NCBI RefSeq assembly: GCF_000143415.4
Contig: NW_003314344.1
Span: 745,737 to 809,736 of the forward strand
Origin: Selaginella moellendorffii
Lineage: Eukaryota; Plantae; Lycopodiophyta
Length of the DNA: 64,000 nt
Reading direction: 5' to 3'
Of this stretch, positions 35,301-47,222 are shown one piece after another; within the stretch, counting starts at the first letter, position 1; each line of letters starts with the position of its first letter. A program made the translations under genes and the position numbers. The notes under the pieces were generated by a model, which did not search any database, was not told the origin of the DNA, and worked only from the letters and a program-made list of their open reading frames with translations.

Positions 35301-38300
35301 TTAACAAGCCGGCAAACCTCCGCCAGGACTAGCGGCAGCAGTGGTGGCACCGTTGAGAGCGGTAGAGCCAGGGACGGAGGAGGCCGGTGCGGCCGCTGCT
35401 GCTGCTGCTGCTGCTGTAGGGGTGGCATCAGCAACGGCAATTGCTTCAACAACTCTTGCGATCGCTATTCTACCATTGCCAATTGCTGCTCATTGAGCGC
35501 CTGATGGTGGGATATGAAATCCTCACTCTGAAATAAAGGAGGAAACAGTAAACCCTAAACCCTAAACCCTAAACCAAGAGCATTGAGGGCGGGTCTGCAC
35601 CTAAGATGGCCTGCTGTGTCACTGTGGGCTCAAAAGCTTCCATCTCCCATGCAGGTTTAGGGTTTAGTGTTTAGGGCTTGGGAAGAGTACCCATGAGGCT
35701 TGCGAGAGGCACAGTGTTCTGAGGGTGGTGGCAATGGTGCCGATGGTCATGGTGGTCGTGGAGACGACGGTGGCGACGGTCGTGGTGGTTGTGGCAGTGG
35801 TGGCAATCGTGCGTCCCCACCGAGCATGCTCTCCTCAGCCATGAACGGCTTCTCAACCATTGGACACATCTTCTCGCCCATGGCCTCCTTAACAAGCCGG
35901 CGAACCTCCGCCAGGACCAGCAGCAACAGTGGCGGCACCGTTGAGAGCGGCAGGGCCGGCGACGGAGGAGGCGGCAGCAGTAGCTGCTGCTGCTTCTGCA
36001 GGGGTGGCATCAGCGGCTGCAACTGCTTCAAAACCTCTTGCAATCGCTATTTTACTATTGCCAATCACTCCTCAGTGAGCGCCTAACGGTGGGATATGAA
36101 ATCGTCACTCTGAAATAGAAGAGGAAACAGTAGGGTTTAGGGTGGCAATGGTTTTGATGGTTATGGTGGTCGTGGTGACGATGGTGGCGACTGTCATGGT
36201 AGTTGTGGCAGTGGTGGCAATCGTGTGTCCCCACCCAGCATGCTCTCCTCAGCCATGGATAGCTCCTCAACCATTGGACACATCTTCTCGCCCATGGCCT
36301 CCTTAACAAGCCGGCGAACCTCCGCCAGGACCAGCGGCAGCAGTGGCGGCACCGTTGAGAGTGGCAGGCCCGGCGGCAGCGGCAGCTGCTGCAAGGGTGG
36401 CAGCAACGGCAGCTGCTGCAGGGGTGGCAGCAACGGCAGCAACTACTTCAACAGCCCTTACAATCGCTGTTCTACCATTCCCAATCGCTGCTCAGTGAAC
36501 GCTTGATGGTGGGATATGAAATTCTCACTCTGAAATAGAGGAGGAAATATGATGGTTTAGCGTTTAAGGTTCAGGGTGGCAATGGTGCTGATGGTCATGG
36601 TGGTCGTGGTGACGACGGTGGCGACTGTCATGGTGGTTGTGGCAGTGATGGCAATCGTGTGTCCTCACCCAACATGCTCTTCGCAACCATGGATGGCTCC
36701 TCAACCATTGGACACATCTTCTCGCCCATGGCCTCCTTAACAAGCCGGCGAACCTCCGCTAGGACTAGCGGTAGCAGTGGCAACACCATTAAGAGTGGCA
36801 GGCCCGGCGGCGGCGGCAGCTGCTGCTGCTGCTGCTGCATGGGTGGCATCAGCGGTGGCAACTACTTCAATAGCTCTTGCAATCGCTGTTCTACCATTCC
36901 CAATCGCTACACAGTGAGCGCCTGATGGTGGGATATGAAATTCTCACTCTGAGATAGAGGAGTAAACAGTAGGGTTTAGGGTTTAGGGTTTAGGGTGGCA
37001 ATGGTGGTGATGGTCATAATGGTTGTGGTGACGATGGTGGCAACCGTCATGGTGCTTGTGGTAGTGTTGGCAATCGTGTGTCCTCACCTAGCATGCTCTC
37101 CTCAGCCATGGACGGCTTCTCAACCATTGGACACATCTTCTCGCTCCTGGCCTCCTTAACAAGCTGGCGAATCTCAGCCAGGACTAGCGGCAACAGTGGC
37201 GGCACCGTTGAGAGCGGCAGGGCCGGCGGCGGTGGCAGCTGCTGCTGCAGGGGAGGCATCAGCGGCGGCAACTGCTTCAATAGCTCTTGCAATCGCTGTT
37301 CTACTATTCCCAATCGCTGCTCAGTGAGCGCCTGATGGCGGGTTATGAAATTCTCACTCTAAAATAGAGGAGGAAACAGTAGGGTTTAGGGTTTAGGGTT
37401 TAGGGTGGCAATGGTGTTGATGGTCATAGTGGTCATGGTGACGATGGTGGCGACCATCATGGTGCTTGTGGCAGTGTTGGCAATCGTGTGTCCTCACCCA
37501 GCATGCTCTCCTCAGCCATGGACGGCTCCTCAACCATTGGACACATCTTCTCACCCATGGCCTCCTTAACAAGCCGGCGAACCTCCGCCAGGACCAACGG
37601 CAGCAGTGGCAGCACCATTGAGAGCGGCAGGGCTGGTGGCGGTGGTAGCAGCTACTGCTGCTGCTGTAGGGGAGGCATCAACGGCGGCAACTACTTCAAC
37701 AACCATTGCAATCGCTGTTCTACCATTCCCAATCGCTGCTCAGTGAGCGCCTGATGGTGGGATATGAAATTCTCACTCTAAAATAGAGGAGGAAATATGA
37801 GGGTTTAGCGTTTAAGGTTTAGGGTGGCAATGTTGCTGATGGTCATGGTGGTCGTGGTGACGATAGGGGCGACAGTCATGGTGGTTGTGGTAGTGGTGGC
37901 AATCGTGTGTCCTCACCAAGCATGCTCTCCTCAGCCATGGACGGCTCCTTAACCATTGGACACATCTTCTCGCGCATGGCCTCCTTAACAAACCGGCGAA
38001 CCTCCGCCAGGACTAGTGGCAACAGTGGCGGCACCATTAAGAGCGGCAGGGCTGGCGACGGTGGCAGCAGCTCCTGCTACTGCTGCAGGGGAAGCATCAA
38101 CGGCGGCAACTGCTTCAATAGCCCTTGCCATCGCTGTTCTACCATTGCCAATCGCTGCTCAGTGAGCGCCTGATGTTGGGATATGAAATTCTCACTCTGA
38201 AATAGAGGAGGAAACATGGTGGTTATGGTGGTTGTGGAAGTGGTGGCAATCGTGTGTCCTCACCAAGCATGCTCTCCGCAACCATGGACGGCTCCTTAAC

Positions 38301-41300
38301 CATTGGACACATCTTCTCGCCTATGGCCTCCTTAACAAGCTGGTGAACCTCCACTAGGACTAGCAGTTGCAGTGGCGACACTGTTGAGAGCGGCAGGGCC
38401 GGGGACAGAGGAGGCGGTGACGGCAGCTACTACTGCTGCTACAGGGGTGGCATCAGCGGCAACTGCTTCTATAGCTCTTGCAATCGCTATTCTACCATTG
38501 CCAATCGCTACATAGTGAGCGCCTGATGGTGGGATAAGAAATCCTCACTTTGAAATAAAGGAGGAAACAGTAAACCCTAAACCCTAAACCCGAAACCAAG
38601 AGCATTGAGGGTGGGTCTGCACCTAGGATGGCGTGCTGTGTCACTCTGGGCTCAAAAGCTTCCACCTCCCATGTAGGTTTAGGGTTTAGTGTTTAGGGCT
38701 TGGGAAGAGTACCCATGAGGCTTGCGAGAGGCATAGTGTTCTGAGGGTGGTGGCAATGGTGCCGATGGTCATGGTGGTCGTGGAGACGACGGTGGCAACA
38801 GTCGTGGTGGTTGTGGCAGTAGTGGCAATCGTGTGTCCCCACCCAGCATGCTCTCCTCAACCATTGGACACATCTTCTCGCTTATGGCCTCCTTAACAAG
38901 CCGGCAAACCTCCGCCAGGACTAGCGGCAGCAGTGGTGGCACCGTTGAGAGCGGTAGAGCCAGGGACGGAGGAGGCCGGTGCGGCCGCTGCTGCTGCTGC
39001 TGCTGTAGGGGTGGCATCAGCAGCGGCAATTGCTTCAACAACTCTTGCGATCGCTGTTCTACCATTGCCAATTGCTGCTCATTGAGCGCCTGATAGTGGG
39101 ATATCAAATCCTCACTCTGAAATAAAGGAGGAAACAGTAAACCCTAAACCCTAAACCCTAAACCAAGAGCATTGAGGGCGGGTCTGCACCTAAGATGGCC
39201 TGCTGTGTCACTGTGGGCTCAAAAGCTTCCACCTCCCATGCAGGTTTAGGGGTTAGTGTTTAGGGCTTGGGGAGAGTACCCATGAGGCTCGTGTAGAGCC
39301 ACAATGTTCTGAGGATGGTGGCAATGGTGCCGATGGTCATGGTGGTTCTGTTGACGACGGTGGCGACGGTCGTGGTGGTTGTGGCAGTGGTGGCAATCGT
39401 GCGTCCCCACCCAGCATGCTCTCCTCAGCCATGAACGGCTTCTCAACCATTGGACACATCTTCTCGCCCATGGCCTCCTTAACAAGCCGGCGAACCTCGG
39501 CCAGGACCAGCGGCAACAGTGGCGGCACCGTTGAGAGCGGCAGGGCCGGCGACGGAGGAGGCGGCGGCAGTAGCTGCTGCTGCTTCTGCAGAGGTGGCAT
39601 CAGCGGCTGCAACTGCTTCAAAACCTCTTGCAATCGCTATTTTACTATTGCCAATCACTCCTCAGTGAGCGCCTAACGGTGGGATATGAAATCGTCACTC
39701 TGAAATAGAAGAGGAAACAATAGGGTTTAGGGTTTAGGGTTTAGGGTGGCAATGGTTCTGATGGTTATGGTGGTCGTGGTGACGATGGTGGCGACTGTCA
39801 TGGTAGTTGTGGTAGTGGTGGCAATCGTGTGTCCCCACCCAGCATGCTCTCCTCAGCCATGGATAGCTCCTCAACCATTGGACACATCTTCTCGCCCATG
39901 GCCTCCTTAACAAGCCGGCGAACCTCCGCCAGGACCAGCGGCAGCAATGGCGGCACCGTTGAGAGTGGCAGGCCCGGCGGCGGCGGCAGCTGCTGCAGGG
40001 GTGGCATCAACGGCACCAACTACTTCAACAGCCCTTACAATCGCTGTTCTACCATTCCCAATCGCTGCTCAGTGAACGCTTAATGGTGGGATATGAAATT
40101 CTCACTCTGAAATAGAGGAGGAAATATGAGGGTTTAGCGTTTAAGGTTCTGGGTGGCAATGGTGCTGATGGTCATGGTGGTCGTGGTGACGACGGTGGCG
40201 ACTGTCATGGTGGTTGTGGCAGTGATGGCAATCGTGTGTCCTCAGCCAGCATGCTCTTCGCAACCATGGCTGGCTCCTCAACCATTGGACACATCTTCTC
40301 GCCCATGGCCTCCTTAACAAGCCGGCGAACCTCCGCTAGGACTAGCAGTAGCAGTGGCAGCACCATTAAGAGTGGTAGGCCCGGCGGCGGCGGCAGCTGC
40401 TGCTGCTGCTGCTGCATGGGTGGCATCAGCGGTGGCAACTACTTCAATAGCTCTTACAATCGCTGTTCTACCATTCCCAATCGCTACACAGTGAGCGCCT
40501 GATGGTGGGATATGAAATTCTCACTCTGAGATAGAGGAGTAAACAGTAGGGTTTAGGGTTTAGGGTTTAGGGTGGCAATGGTGTTGATGGTCATAATGGT
40601 TGTGGTGACGATGGTGGCAACCGTCATGGTGCTTGTGGTAGTGTTGGCAATCGTGTGTCCTCACCCAGCATGCTCTCCTCAGCCATGGACGGCTCCTCAA
40701 CCATTGAACACATCTTCTCGCCCATGGCCTCCTTAACAAGCCGGCGAAACTCCGCCAGGACTAGTGGCAACAGTGGCGGCACCATTGAGAGCGGCAGGCC
40801 CAACGTAGCGGCAGCTGCTACTGCTGTTGCTGCAGGGGAGGCATCAGCGGCGGCAACTGCTTCAATAGTTCTTGCAATCGCTGTTCTAGCATTCCCAATC
40901 GCTGCTTAGTGAGCGCCTGATGGTGGGATATGAAATTCTCACTCTGAAATAGAGGATTAAACAGTAGGGTTTAGGGTTTAGGGTTTCGGGTGGCAATGGT
41001 GTTGATGGTCATAGTGGTCGTGGTGACGATGGTGGCGACCATCATGGTGCTTGTGGCAGTGTTGGCAATCGTGTGTCCTCACCCAGCATGCTCTCCTCAG
41101 CCATGGACGGCTGCTCAACCATTGGACACATCTTCTCGCCCATGGCCTCCTTAACAAGGTGGCAAACCTCCGCCAGGGCCAGCGGCAGCAGTGGCGGCAC
41201 CATTGAGAGTGGCAGGCCCAGCGGCAGCGGCAACTGCTAGTGCTGCTGCTGCAGGGGAGGCATCAGCGGCGGCAACTGCTTCAATAGTTCTTGCAATCGC

Positions 41301-42270
41301 TGTTCAACCATTGCCAATCGTTGCTCAGTGAGCGCTTGATGGTGGGATATGAAATCCTCACTCTGAAATAAAGGAGGAAATAGTAGGGTTTAAGGTAAAC
41401 CCTAAACCCTAAACTAGTTTAGGTTGGCAATGGTGCCGATGGTTATGGTGGTTGTGGTGATGACGGTGGCGACGGTTGTGGTGGTTGTGGCACTGGTGGC
41501 AATCATGTGTCCTCACCCAGCATGCTCTCCTCAGCCATCGACGGCTCCTTAACCATTGGACACATCTTCTCGCCCATGGCCTCCTTAACAAGCCGGCGAA
41601 CCTCCACCGAGACCAGCGGCAGCAATGGCGGCACCGTTGAGAGCGGTAGGGCTAGTGGCGGCGGCAGCAACTGCTGCTGCTACTGTAGGGGAGGCATCAG
41701 CGGCGGCAACTACTTCAACAGCCCTTGCAATCGCTATTCTAGCATTGCAAATCGCTGCTCAGTGAGCGCCTGATGGTGGGATATGAAATTCTCACTCTGA
41801 AATAGAGGAGGAAACAGTAGGGTTTAGGGTTTAGGGTGGCAATGGTGCCAATGGTCATGGTGGTTGTGATGACAATGGTGGCGACTGTCCTGGTAGTTGT
41901 GGCAGTGGTGGCAATCGTGTGTCCCCACCTAGCATGCTCTCCTCAGCCATGGACGGCTCCTCAACCATTGGACACATCTTCTCGCCCATAGCCTCCTTAA
42001 CAAGCCGGCGAACCTTCGCTAGGACCAGCGGCAGCAGTGGCGGCACCATTGAGAGCGGCAGGGCCGGGGATGGAGGAGGCGGTGGCGGCAGCTGCTGCTG
42101 CTGCTCCTGCAGGTGTGGTATCAGTGGTGGCAATTGCTTCAATAGCTCTTGCAATCGCTGTTCTACCATTACCAATTGCTGCTCAATGAGCGCCTGACGG
42201 TGGGATATGAAATCCTCACTCTGAAATAGAGGAGGAAATAGTAGCAAGAGGAGAATAAAAAGATTCATGA
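32400..42270. repeat. Tandem array of about 22 monomers (about 345, 410-435 and 570-590 bp) joined mostly by telomeric tracts, with an 8-mer higher-order repeat of about 3.59 kb
   Basis: The anchor GGCAATCGTGTGTCC (or a close variant) occurs 22 times between about 32480 and 41910. Diagnostic monomers recur at 33486/37078, 34315/37907, 36225/39829 and 36659/40236. Confidence 0.95.
41855..42268 (-). CDS. Copy of the array gene that keeps its N-terminus: signal-peptide-like leader, coiled coil, poly-Q/P (possibly a pseudogene)
   Basis: MNLFILLLLLFPPLFQS-EDFISHRQALIEQQLVMVEQRLQELLKQL...VLAKVRRLVKEAMGEKMCP. It stops within the Pro-rich region. Confidence 0.45.
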   Translation of the reverse strand: MNLFILLLLLFPPLFQSEDFISHRQALIEQQLVMVEQRLQELLKQLPPLIPHLQEQQQQLPPPPPPSPALPLSMVPPLLPLVLAKVRRLVKEAMGEKMCPMVEEPSMAEESMLGGDTRLPPLPQLPGQSPPLSSQPP

Positions 42271-43161
42271 TCTCTCATCGCTTTGCTAGATCCACCCCAA
42301 GAGCCCTAATTAATTAGAACTTAGCTCGACTCCCCTTTGCAATGCTTATGCCTCTGCTCCTGCTGTTGGAATGCCCAGGTGCCACAAGGAGTTCATTTCG
42401 TTCCAGCTACTCTCCAATATCCAGGACATGATCACTTGCCTCGACTGGAGCCCCGGCGGCAATTGGATCATCTGTTGCAAGGACTTGGTGAGGGTTTTCA
42501 TAGGCCAGGCGAGCTCTCTGCGCACCACAACGTTATCAATGGCGTCTTCGCCAGAACCAACGGCAGCAGTGGCGGCACCGTTGAGAGCAACAGGGCCGGG
42601 GACGGAGGAGGCGGTGACGGCGGCTGCTGCTGCTGCTGCTGTAGGGGTGGCATCACCGGCGGCAATTGCTTCAACAACTCTTGCAATTGCTGTTCTACCA
42701 TTGCCAATCGTTGCTCAGTGAGCACCTAAAGGTGGGATATGAAATCCTTATTCTGAAATAGAGGAGGAAACAGTAGCAGGAGAAGAATAAAAAGATTCAT
42801 GATCTCTCACCGCTTTGCTAGATCCACCCAAGCGCCCTAATTAATAAGAACTTAGCTAGACTCCCCTTTGCAATGCTTTCGCCTCTGCTCCAGCTGGTGG
42901 AATGCCCGGGTGCTGCAAGGAGTTCATGGTGTTCCAGCTGCTCTCTAGTATCCAAGACACAATCACTTGCCTCGACTCGAGTCTCGGTGGCAATTGGATC
43001 ATCTGCAGCTGCAAGGACTTGGTGAGGGTTTTCATACGCCAAGCGAGCTCTCTGCGCACCGCAACATTATCAATCGCATCTTCTTCTTCACCGAGAGCAC
43101 TGAGAGCGGGTTTGCACCTAGGATGGCGTGCTGTGTCACTGGGGGCTCAAAAGCTTCCATC

Positions 43162-43226
43162 GGTTTAGGGTTTAGGGTTTAGGGTTTGGTGTTTAGGGTT
43201 TAGGGTTTGGTATTTAGGGTTTAGGG
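43162..43226 (+). repeat. Longest interstitial telomeric tract (degenerate TTTAGGG, about 9 units)
   Basis: Direct reading. Confidence 0.9.
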
Positions 43227-43289
43227 CTTACCCATGAGGCTTGCGTAGAGCCACAGTGTTCCAAGGATGGTGGCAATGGTGCTGATGGT

Positions 43290-45300
43290 CTGGTTGCGAG
43301 CCCAAGTTTGCAAACCTGATATGAAGGCATGGAACACATACATATCCCCCATGTCCATGACAAGTATCCTCTTTGCCATGAACCCATTCACATATTCCTG
43401 GATGGTTCCAGTCTGCTTCAGCCTACTCAGCTCATCTCTCAGATGCAGAGTGGCATTCGGAGGAACGTATATTGCGCGGATCCTCACCTTCACTATGTCC
43501 CAAGTGGCCACTGGTCCTTCGTTGGCCTCCGTCATTCTCCACCAAGACTTGGCATTATCTGCCAAGTATGGTTTTGCACATGGGACCTTCTCCGAGCTCG
43601 GTAATTGCAACGCTCGGAAGTAGTCCTCCATATCGTAAAACCAATCCTCTGCCACCTTATAGTCATTCACTCCCTTGAAGACTGGTGGGGGCTTTGGTTT
43701 GTACTTGGGAACTGCCTAAGGGACTGATTCTACTTCGGTCTGTTCGACCTTGTTTGGTTTTGCCTCACTCCCTGCCGAAGGGTCTGCATCTTCTGTGCTG
43801 CCAGCATCCGCAGTCTTTCTCTTTTTCTTCTGCTACTTGTCACGCTTTAGCTTGCGTACGAGAGTCTCCAGTAGGGCATTGGTCTGTGCCAACTGTCCTT
43901 CTACCACATCCAATCGAGCCTTGGACGACCGAACCTCGCCACTGGACTCCTGTTTGGAAGTTTCCTCACTAGAGTCCTCCTCATGCAAGGATTCCTCATC
44001 CATAGCCTCTCGTTCAACCAAAGGCTCCATCTCTGGAGGAGGTTCCGTCTCCGCCTTGGTTCGCTTCTGCCCTACATTTGCCATCTCCCAGCAATTCGCC
44101 TCTATCCTTCGCTAGAATTGAGGAATTGAGGAAAAGGCTCCGATACTAAATTGTAAGCCACAAATTTTTCCTTTCCAATTTGCTAGCTTACCTCGTTTAT
44201 CCATCCAACACTGCCTTGGCTTTTGCTAAGCTCCCTTACCAAGGTTCCTGCCTATGGTACCAGTTCTTACTTGGTCCTACTTGGTTTCAGCTATTCACTG
44301 CACAAGCAACGAAGTGTTAGCCATCCATCCACGGATTCCCAAATCTCTCCCAATCCCCCTCCCCGGGTTAGACTGGACTTAAGGTTTGGCTACACTCCCC
44401 ACAAGCACAAGCAGCCAAGCACACCAAGCTTCCAAATTCTTAACATCCCTTGGTACCACAAGACTTGATCATGGGACCCTCTAAATCCCAAGTCTCGGGT
44501 GCAACGCATGCTTCGAGACGCCGGGGCGAAACACCATGGCCTAACGGCCCAGTATGGGTACCTCTATCCCCCCACTTCCATCCCGAAGGGAAGGTCCAAG
44601 CCCCTAGGAAGGGCGAGGACCAATGAGCCGCATGGTACTCAAGTGGGGCACCACTCCACATGAGCTAGGAGCACCGTAGTCAGTTTCCCTTTCGGGAGTG
44701 GGAGTTGCTCTTGAGCACTTCCTTGGATGGCCCCTCCGGCACCAACCAAGTCCATGCTCACTCCCACCCAAGGCCCCTCGATCCCAGTCCCAACCTCAAG
44801 TCAGTTTGGAAGCCCCACTGGAGAATTCCTTCAAAACTAGTTCCTAGACCTCACTATCCCTACTATACTTTTGGAACCCCCTGCAGCCCCCCCCCCCCCC
44901 CCCCCCCCTGGGAGACGCATGCTTTGGGCTTGACCCGTATTAGTACTCGGACTTAGTCTCTGGCTCGATCTCGAACTCAATCTTGGATCCGACTTCGGAT
45001 TCGGTCTCGGACTCGATCTCGGACCCGATCTCGGACCCGATCTCGGACCCAACCTCAGACTCGACCTCGGACTCGGTCTCGAACCCGATTTCAAATCTCG
45101 GACTCTGTCTCGAACTCGGTCTCGAACTCGGTCTCCGAGTCGGTCTCGGACTCGATTCCGGACTCTATCTCGAACTCGGTCTTAGAGTCGGTCTTGGACT
45201 CGATCTTAGACTTGGTCCTATCCGATGAACTCTTTATCATTTTGGTCATGCTTTTAGGGTTCGTTTAGCCTATGACACCTCGGCGAGTTGGTTCCTTACA
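43290..45300 (-). mobile_element. Truncated Ty3/Gypsy retrotransposon: 5' LTR 44152-45300, degenerate tRNA-iMet PBS, gag pseudogene 44084 to about 43290
   Basis: LTR bounded by TGTAAG...CTTACA. Minus-strand TAGTATCGGAGCC follows it (consensus TGGTATCAGAGC). Gag motifs W..DMEDYF, YLADNAKSWW, TW, LKQTGTIQEYVNGF, FISGL lie in two same-frame ORFs split by a stop. No pol. Confidence 0.88.
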
Positions 45301-45457
45301 CGCCACTGATACCACCCCTACAGTAGCAGCAGCAGCAGCCGCTACCGCTGCCTCCTCCGTCCCCGGCCCTGCCGCTCTCAACAGTGCCGCCACTGCTACC
45401 ACTGGTCCTGGCGGAGGTTCGCCGGCTTGTTAAGGAGGCCATGGGCGAGAAGATGTG

Positions 45458-46052
45458 TGTAAGCAACCAAAGGGAACGACTCGAGAGACGGTCCATAGGG
45501 GTTCAAATATAGAGGGAAAAGGCCCATGAACAAGAGTGCACCCCCTTTTCCAATCGGTTAAGGGTCTTGGGATATTTGGGGTTAAGCGTCCTTGGGTTTG
45601 AATAGTACTGGGCTGGGTGACCTCCCGGGAAGTCCAAACTCAGGAGTTTACATTTGGTATCAGAGGGGTCTCAGGTCCGACTCTGTTGGTTGGCTAAGGG
45701 AATCACACCACATGTTGATTGACATCTAGCTGGTCCAGTTTGCTCCCGCTGGGCTCGACCCGAGGGGTAGGGTGTCAAGAGAGCGGAGCTCTCGGGAGAG
45801 CTGCGGCTCTCAGCTTCCGTTCACGAGGGCGTGAACTTGCAGGGAAGCATGGTGGATTGTAAGCAACCAAAGGGAACGACTCAAGAGACGGTCCATAGGG
45901 GTTCAAATATAGAGGGAAAGGGCCCATGAACAAGAGTGCACCCCCTTTTCCAATCGGTTAAGGGTCTTGGGATATTTGGGGTTAAGCGTCCTTGGGTTTG
46001 AATAGTATTGGGCTGGGTGACCTCCCGGGAAGTCCAAACTCAGGAGCTTACA
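45458..46052 (+). mobile_element. Complete Cassandra-type TRIM (595 bp) with 5S rRNA-derived LTR core
   Basis: 195-bp LTRs at 45458-45652 and 45858-46052 (TG...CA, 4 differences). PBS TGGTATCAGAG, purine-rich tract before LTR2, TSD ATGTG. GTTAAGCGTCCTTGGG...TAGTACTGGGCTGGGTGACCTCCCGGGAAGTCC matches the 5S internal promoter region. Confidence 0.95.
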
Positions 46053-47108
46053 ATGTGTCCAATGGTTGAGGAGCCATCCATGGTTGAGGAGAGCATGCTA
46101 GGTGAAGAGACACAATTGCCACCACTGCCACAACCACCACAACCGTCCCCACCGTCCTCACCATGACCACCATGACCATCGGCACCATTGCCACCATCCT
46201 CACCACCACCACCACCGCAAGGGATGGGGACCATCACCAGTATGATCAATGGATTGGTATCATCATTGTTATTCCTACTGTGTCCAGCACACTATGAATG
46301 TCTATCATACTCCGAAAGATGAAAGTATGTAATCAGGTGTGTGTGTCTGTGCGTGAGATTGTGTAACTTAGAGTGTAGATTACTGCTACTACAACCATTG
46401 ATCAGGCGCCCTAGCCTTGATCCAGCTGCACTCTTCTGTTTTGTTATTCTTCATCTAATCACTGTGGCTCTTGTGCCTTTGTTGAGACTATAAGCTCTTG
46501 TGGATGCTCAAAACTTTTGCCAGGCCAACGCTCCCAACAGCGTAGTTCAGGGTGGTCATGCCACTTTGCACAAGGCTCTGGTGGATCGCTCCAGAGCTTT
46601 GACCTAAGCTCAAGCGTCGAGAACGATCCCGAGAGTGAGATAGAATGCCAGCCTCGCAGTGCTGGTAACTAGAGCAAGCCAAGATTGTGATGCGAGCAAG
46701 CTTCCACCATGCTCACCACACAATCCTTGAGATGGCAGAACACGCTGTGATCGCCATGATGATGGTCACCTCCCTTGGCCTCAGCCTTGAACAAAAGAAG
46801 TGCCGCCCCCTGATGCCATGTGGACTTTGGAACAACACTTTGGAACACTGTGGCCCTACGCGAGCCTCATGGGTACTCTCCCCAAACCCTAAACCCTAAA
46901 CCTACATGGGAGATGGAAGCTTTTGAGCCCCCAGTGACACAGCACGCCATCCTAGGTGCAGACCCACTCTCAGTGCTCTCAGTGAAGAAGTAGACGCCAT
47001 TGACAACATTGCGGTGCACAGAGAGCTCATTTGGCCTGTGAAAACCCTCACCAAGTCCTTGCAGCCACAGATGATCCAATTGCTACCGGGGCTCCAGTTG
47101 AGGCAAGT

Positions 47109-47222
47109 TTGGATGAGACTCAATTTGGATGAGACTCCACTAGGTAGCATAACCTTCGGGCAGCAAGCCCGGTTTTTGCATTAGTCCCTATATGACACTG
47201 GGGAATGTACATACATGTTTCA
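47109..47222 (-). mobile_element. 114-bp insertion with a 16-bp target-site duplication (5'-truncated non-LTR retroelement-like)
   Basis: TCCAGT(T/C)GAGGCAAGT at 47093-47108 and 47223-47238. A duplicated TTGGATGAGACTC sits at one end. The insert is absent from sister copies. Confidence 0.7.

Noticed and set aside
32361-42197. Plus-strand Cys/Gly/Ser-rich ORFs (MSSPSMLSS...SCCCC) as metallothionein-like genes
   Set aside because: They are the antisense shadow of the CAG/CCA-rich minus-strand frame. Many start at GTG, and Cys counts vary freely.
32400-42270. CRISPR-like repeat/spacer reading of the array
   Set aside because: The segments between the short repeats are homologous 0.35-0.6 kb monomers, not unique spacers. 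The context is eukaryotic and there are no cas genes.
43162-43226. A true chromosome end
   Set aside because: The tract is short, degenerate and flanked by repeat-unit sequence on both sides.
45581-45635. Functional 5S rRNA gene
   Set aside because: Only about 55 bp of the internal promoter region, embedded in TRIM LTRs.
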